Source: Caldisphaera sp. (GTDB taxonomy: Archaea; Thermoproteota; Thermoprotei_A; Sulfolobales; Acidilobaceae). Taken from it: a stretch of 19,316 bases of DNA. Below are positions 15,786 through 19,316 of the stretch, in pieces. The notes under the pieces were generated by a model that ran no database searches, was not told the origin of the DNA, and was given only the letters and a program-made list of their open reading frames with translations. The position numbers and the translations under genes were made by a program. The stretch covers positions 16,114 to 35,429 of the forward strand of contig JBMFKU010000015.1 of NCBI GenBank assembly GCA_049971805.1. The letters run 5' to 3'. Within the stretch, counting starts at the first letter, position 1, and every line of letters begins with the position of its first letter.

Positions 15786-16013
15786 CTATCCTCCTCCAGT
15801 TTGAGGAAGCACAACTATATTATCGCCATCTTTTACCTCGGTATCAGCCTTTGCTCCTTTTCCATTAATAATCAATATATAATCATCACTCCTTAGTTTT
15901 TTTAAAAATGGAATTAGGTCTTCAACTTTTTTGTTTCCATTAATTTCCAATTCGTCGTACTGTTTCCCAGCTAAATCGGTTAGATAGCCTAAATATTTGA
16001 TTTTTATTCTCAA
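15786..16013 (-). CDS. MoaD/ThiS/SAMP ubiquitin-like sulfur carrier
   Basis: 75 aa with IKIKYLG, ILIING and VKDGDNIVVLPQTGGG, ending in the Gly-Gly signature. Confidence 0.9.
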   Translation of the reverse strand: MRIKIKYLGYLTDLAGKQYDELEINGNKKVEDLIPFLKKLRSDDYILIINGKGAKADTEVKDGDNIVVLPQTGGG

Positions 16014-16287
16014 ATCTATTACACCAACATTTCATTAACTAATCTAGTTCTTAAATTTTGATATAAAAATTATCGTTAATGCATTAATTTATAAAAAATT
16101 TATAATGCAAATTTATTTAAATATAAAAATTAAAAGATTTTAATTACAGCATAATTCAAACAAATTAAATTTATGTTATAACATAAGAACTTAACTCATT
16201 AAAAAATAATATAACGGCTTAAACCTTAATCCAATCAAAATCAAAGCTTTTTTCCTTTATATTTTACTACATATTTGGTTGAACAAA

Positions 16288-16995
16288 ATGAGTAAGCATT
16301 GCGCACGTTATGAAAGATTAAGTTCTGAGGAATTGAAAGATAAGTATATTGATGCTATATTTATTATCCCTATTGGAAGCATAGAACAGCACTGTAGTGG
16401 TCCCCTTGGTCTTGATTCCATATTAGCTGAAAATATTTCTTTAGAGCTGTGTAAAGGTATTGATAATTCTGTTTTACTCCCAACAATTTATTATGGTTTT
16501 TCTCCTGAATGGATTAATTCAAATGGCACAATTTCCTTAGATTTGATGGGATTTATTTCATTAATAAAATCTATTCTAACATCTTTATATAATAATGGAG
16601 TCAAAAAAATTGTAATAATCAATGGTCATGGAGGTAATTCAGGTATATTAGAAGCTATATTAAGAGAATTAGTAAATAACTTTGAGAGGAATACAATTTT
16701 ACTGTTAGTTAATTATTGGAAAATCCTTAAGCTAAATATTGGTCATTCAGGTAATACTGAAGAAAAAATTGCAAAACTATTTGGTATAGATAATATAACT
16801 AATTGTAAAGGTGTTGTTGAATTAAATGATTCTGGCATAAAAATAATAGTCAAGGGACCTGAAATACCATCATGCAGTAATGAAGTTTTTGATAAAGAAT
16901 TAAAACTAGAGGAAGTAATAGATTCAATTAAAAATGAGATATTAAATAGCATTGAAAAAAGTAAAAAAATTGATGCAAATTATTTTATCTTATAA
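16288..16995 (+). CDS. Creatininase/ArfB-family amidohydrolase
   Basis: Metal-binding motifs PIGSIEQH..PLGLDS, YGFSPEW..GTISL, NGHGGN and GHSGNTE. Start is ATG 16288 or TTG 16279. Confidence 0.88.
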   Translation: MSKHCARYERLSSEELKDKYIDAIFIIPIGSIEQHCSGPLGLDSILAENISLELCKGIDNSVLLPTIYYGFSPEWINSNGTISLDLMGFISLIKSILTSLYNNGVKKIVIINGHGGNSGILEAILRELVNNFERNTILLLVNYWKILKLNIGHSGNTEEKIAKLFGIDNITNCKGVVELNDSGIKIIVKGPEIPSCSNEVFDKELKLEEVIDSIKNEILNSIEKSKKIDANYFIL

Positions 16996-17014
16996 TTATC
17001 TAGAATCAATAAGT

Positions 17015-17042
17015 TTTAGTTAAGGATATTTAGTTAAAGATA
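17015..17042 (+). repeat. 14-bp tandem direct repeat upstream of the ABC operon
   Basis: TTTAGTTAAGGATA followed by TTTAGTTAAAGATA (13/14 identical). Confidence 0.5.
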
Positions 17043-17079
17043 TAATGGTTAAAAATAAAATATAACAGGGGTTAAAAGG

Positions 17080-17805
17080 TTGATAAAGGATAGCTATAAT
17101 GCTATAACTCTTAACAAGGTTGTAAAGTTATATGGAAATTTTCCAGCTTTAAGAGGAATAACATTTAGTATACCTGACGGAGAAAAATATGCATTATTGG
17201 GTCCTAATGGTGCAGGAAAATCAACAACACTAAAGCTAATAGCCGGGTTATTAAAACCCGATCAAGGAGAGGTTAAAGTATATGGTTTTGATCCTGTTTA
17301 TGATTTAGAATCAAAAAAATTAATAGGCTATTTGCCAGAAGACGCAACTCCATATAGAAACTTGTCAGTTAGGGAAAATTTAGAATACATAGCTGCATTA
17401 AGAGATATAGATGATGTAAAGGATAGGGTTGATGAGTTGTTAGATATCCTTAAATTAAGAGAATATGAAAAATCAAAGGTTTCAAGGCTTTCAAGAGGGA
17501 ATTTACAAAAGCTAGCTCTTGCATTGTCAATAATACATAAACCAAAGGTTCTTTTACTGGATGAACCTCTTAATTATTTAGACATACCTACACAAGAAGA
17601 AGTAATTTCGATGTTATCAAAAATAGGAAATACCATGCTCGTTTCTACCCATATAATGGCAGTAGCAGGTAGGCTAACTGATAGAATAATAATGATTTTA
17701 AAGGGTATAGTTATTTGGCAAGGAACTTTTGATCAGTTAAGAAATATGGCTAATGAAGGAGAACCTATAGAAAAGGTTGTAGCAAGGCTGATGATAAATG
17801 GGTAA
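17080..17805 (+). CDS. ABC transporter ATP-binding protein (ABC-2/exporter type)
   Basis: Walker [10 protein letters not shown], signature LSRGNLQK, Walker B LLLDEP and switch STH. Confidence 0.95.
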   Translation: MIKDSYNAITLNKVVKLYGNFPALRGITFSIPDGEKYALLGPNGAGKSTTLKLIAGLLKPDQGEVKVYGFDPVYDLESKKLIGYLPEDATPYRNLSVRENLEYIAALRDIDDVKDRVDELLDILKLREYEKSKVSRLSRGNLQKLALALSIIHKPKVLLLDEPLNYLDIPTQEEVISMLSKIGNTMLVSTHIMAVAGRLTDRIIMILKGIVIWQGTFDQLRNMANEGEPIEKVVARLMING

Positions 17806-19207
17806 AACGCTTAAGCTATTAAAATTTATAGTTAAATCAAGAGTTTCTTCTACCATGCTAGCTATATTATTGATTGTTATAATATATGCAATATTTTCAG
17901 GGATTGAAATGGCAAAATCAGGTATAAGGATAGAAACAAAAGTACCTCAATATTATGCAGTTGCATATGCTACCTTCTTTATAGTTTTTTCAGCATTTTC
18001 TGGAGGACTAGCAATTCTTAAATCAGATAGAGATTATTTATTTATGCTACCAATAAAGAGAAACCAACTAATTTTTACTTTATTTATTGGTCAAATTATT
18101 GTGTTAGGTACAGCAGTTATGGCATTCCTTGGATTCTATTTACCATTTTTAGGGTTAAATGCATGGGAGGCTGCTCTATCGTTTATTCTGTTTATTCTGT
18201 TTGTTACATCACTCAGCACATTCGTTGGAGACCTGCCGACAATGAGAAAGAGTTTTGTAGCAATTATGCTTGCGATTTGGGGAATTATACCATTTGCCGG
18301 AATCCCTTATAGTCCAACAGCTATGTTTTTTGGGCATCCAATATATGGCATATTAACCCTTCTTCCTACAACATGTGTAACAATGTATTTTACTATAAGG
18401 AAACTTGGAAATATAAACATAGAATATTCAAGAAACATGGCAAAAGAATCTTCAACTGATTATAAGAAAATATTAAGTTTTTCAAGATTAAAAGGTTTGA
18501 AGGCTTTATATTATTTAAATATATTCTATGTAATGCTATCAGGTAGAAGTGGTGGAATGGGTTATGGAATTAGGTACTTTTCTGGCAGAATTAAACTAAC
18601 TAATATGGTTTTAATAATATCTATTCTTTCAGCAGTTTACGTTTTACTTATATATAGATTTTTTATTTTAGATGCAGGCTTTGCTGGAATAATTGTATCT
18701 ATATTCTTTGTTTCATTTATTTATAGCTTTGTACAAAGTTCTATAGTTAATGAGAGACCATGGCTTGTATTTACTTCTATGGATCCTGGTAAATATTTGA
18801 TTCATTTATCCATATCAAAAGCTATTACTACTTTTATACTAGTATTACCGTTAGCTATAGCCAATATAATATTACAATTTTTGGGTGGAAAAGGGGCGAT
18901 TTCACAATCTGTTTTGTTAATTATAATGCCTTCCATAATGATTATATCATATTATATTGCAGCAAAATTTACTCTCTTACCACAAATGAGAGAAGAAGGT
19001 GTTATGCCTGGTCAAATGAGAGCTAGGCAGATGTTCTATGTAATACCTATCTATATCTTAATCGCGATATTATCGATATCATTATATAATTTGGTTTGGG
19101 GATTAATTGCATCATTAATAATATTAATTATGGCAGGGTTATTATTATTAAATGTTAAGGGCTGGAGGGATGCAGCTTTTTCTTTGGTAGATCATGGTTA
19201 TATATAA
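17798..19207 (+). CDS. Multi-pass membrane protein, probable ABC exporter permease
   Basis: 8-nt overlap with the ATPase gene; two halves of about six TM helices each; [12 protein letters not shown] motif typical of ABC-2-like permeases. Confidence 0.8.
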   Translation: MGKTLKLLKFIVKSRVSSTMLAILLIVIIYAIFSGIEMAKSGIRIETKVPQYYAVAYATFFIVFSAFSGGLAILKSDRDYLFMLPIKRNQLIFTLFIGQIIVLGTAVMAFLGFYLPFLGLNAWEAALSFILFILFVTSLSTFVGDLPTMRKSFVAIMLAIWGIIPFAGIPYSPTAMFFGHPIYGILTLLPTTCVTMYFTIRKLGNINIEYSRNMAKESSTDYKKILSFSRLKGLKALYYLNIFYVMLSGRSGGMGYGIRYFSGRIKLTNMVLIISILSAVYVLLIYRFFILDAGFAGIIVSIFFVSFIYSFVQSSIVNERPWLVFTSMDPGKYLIHLSISKAITTFILVLPLAIANIILQFLGGKGAISQSVLLIIMPSIMIISYYIAAKFTLLPQMREEGVMPGQMRARQMFYVIPIYILIAILSISLYNLVWGLIASLIILIMAGLLLLNVKGWRDAAFSLVDHGYI

Positions 19208-19258
19208 AATTTTAAAAAATTTTATTAAATTAAAATAATTTAACATTATAATGAATTT

Positions 19259-19316
19259 TTATTTATTAGAAAGATTGCTTTCTTCTTTTATTTCTTGATT
19301 TTCGGCAACATTTACC
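19259..19316 (-). CDS. Possible 3' end of a convergent gene entering from the right edge
   Basis: Open minus-strand frame VNVAENQEIKEESNLSNK* with TAA at 19261-19259; too short to identify. Confidence 0.35.
   Translation of the reverse strand, partial: VNVAENQEIKEESNLSNK

Noticed and set aside
794-16952. Short antisense or alternate-frame ORFs in the track (e.g. 794-988, 1421-1783, 2427-2690, 2940-3215, 4176-4496, 10894-11160, 13505-13927, 14769-15068, 16743-16952)
   Set aside because: They overlap well-supported genes, are rich in I/F/S/L as expected for shadows of AT-rich codons, and show no motifs.
19204-19225. Inverted repeat ATAAAATTTT-AA-AAAATTTTAT after the permease
   Set aside because: Low-complexity A/T; at most part of a T-rich termination zone.
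1-19316. CRISPR array, tRNA/rRNA, replication origin boxes, defence or viral genes
   Set aside because: By eye there are no repeat-spacer arrays, no GC-rich structured RNA islands, no ORB motifs and no such protein motifs.

Overview
AT-rich (roughly 30% GC by eye) archaeal chromosomal segment. Gene content, TATA/BRE promoters and GGTGA Shine-Dalgarno sites suggest a crenarchaeote, plausibly Caldisphaera/Acidilobales-like (inference). It carries 15 long CDSs: mevalonate kinase, a DHPS-like protein, a degenerate QueD/PTPS-fold protein, HisRS, a nicotinamidase-like cysteine hydrolase, GH38 alpha-mannosidase, an MDR dehydrogenase, urocanate hydratase, two MFS transporters, a CBS protein, MoaD/SAMP, a creatininase/ArfB-family protein, and an ABC ATPase plus permease. 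Three notable signals are absent from the ORF track. (1) Bases 1-400 look like a nearly complete, about 410-bp internally deleted IS607-type element, with inverted 10-bp-phased end repeats and an open TnpA-N/TnpB-C-like fusion ORF. (2) The same palindromic site (GAGAACA-N2-TGTTCTCTAT, 18/19 identical) sits at the same distance from the TATA box before two genes 7 kb apart, the cysteine hydrolase and an MFS transporter, pointing to a small regulon. (3) A 35-aa membrane-anchor ORF begins 1 nt after the mvk stop. No rRNA, tRNA or CRISPR array was seen.
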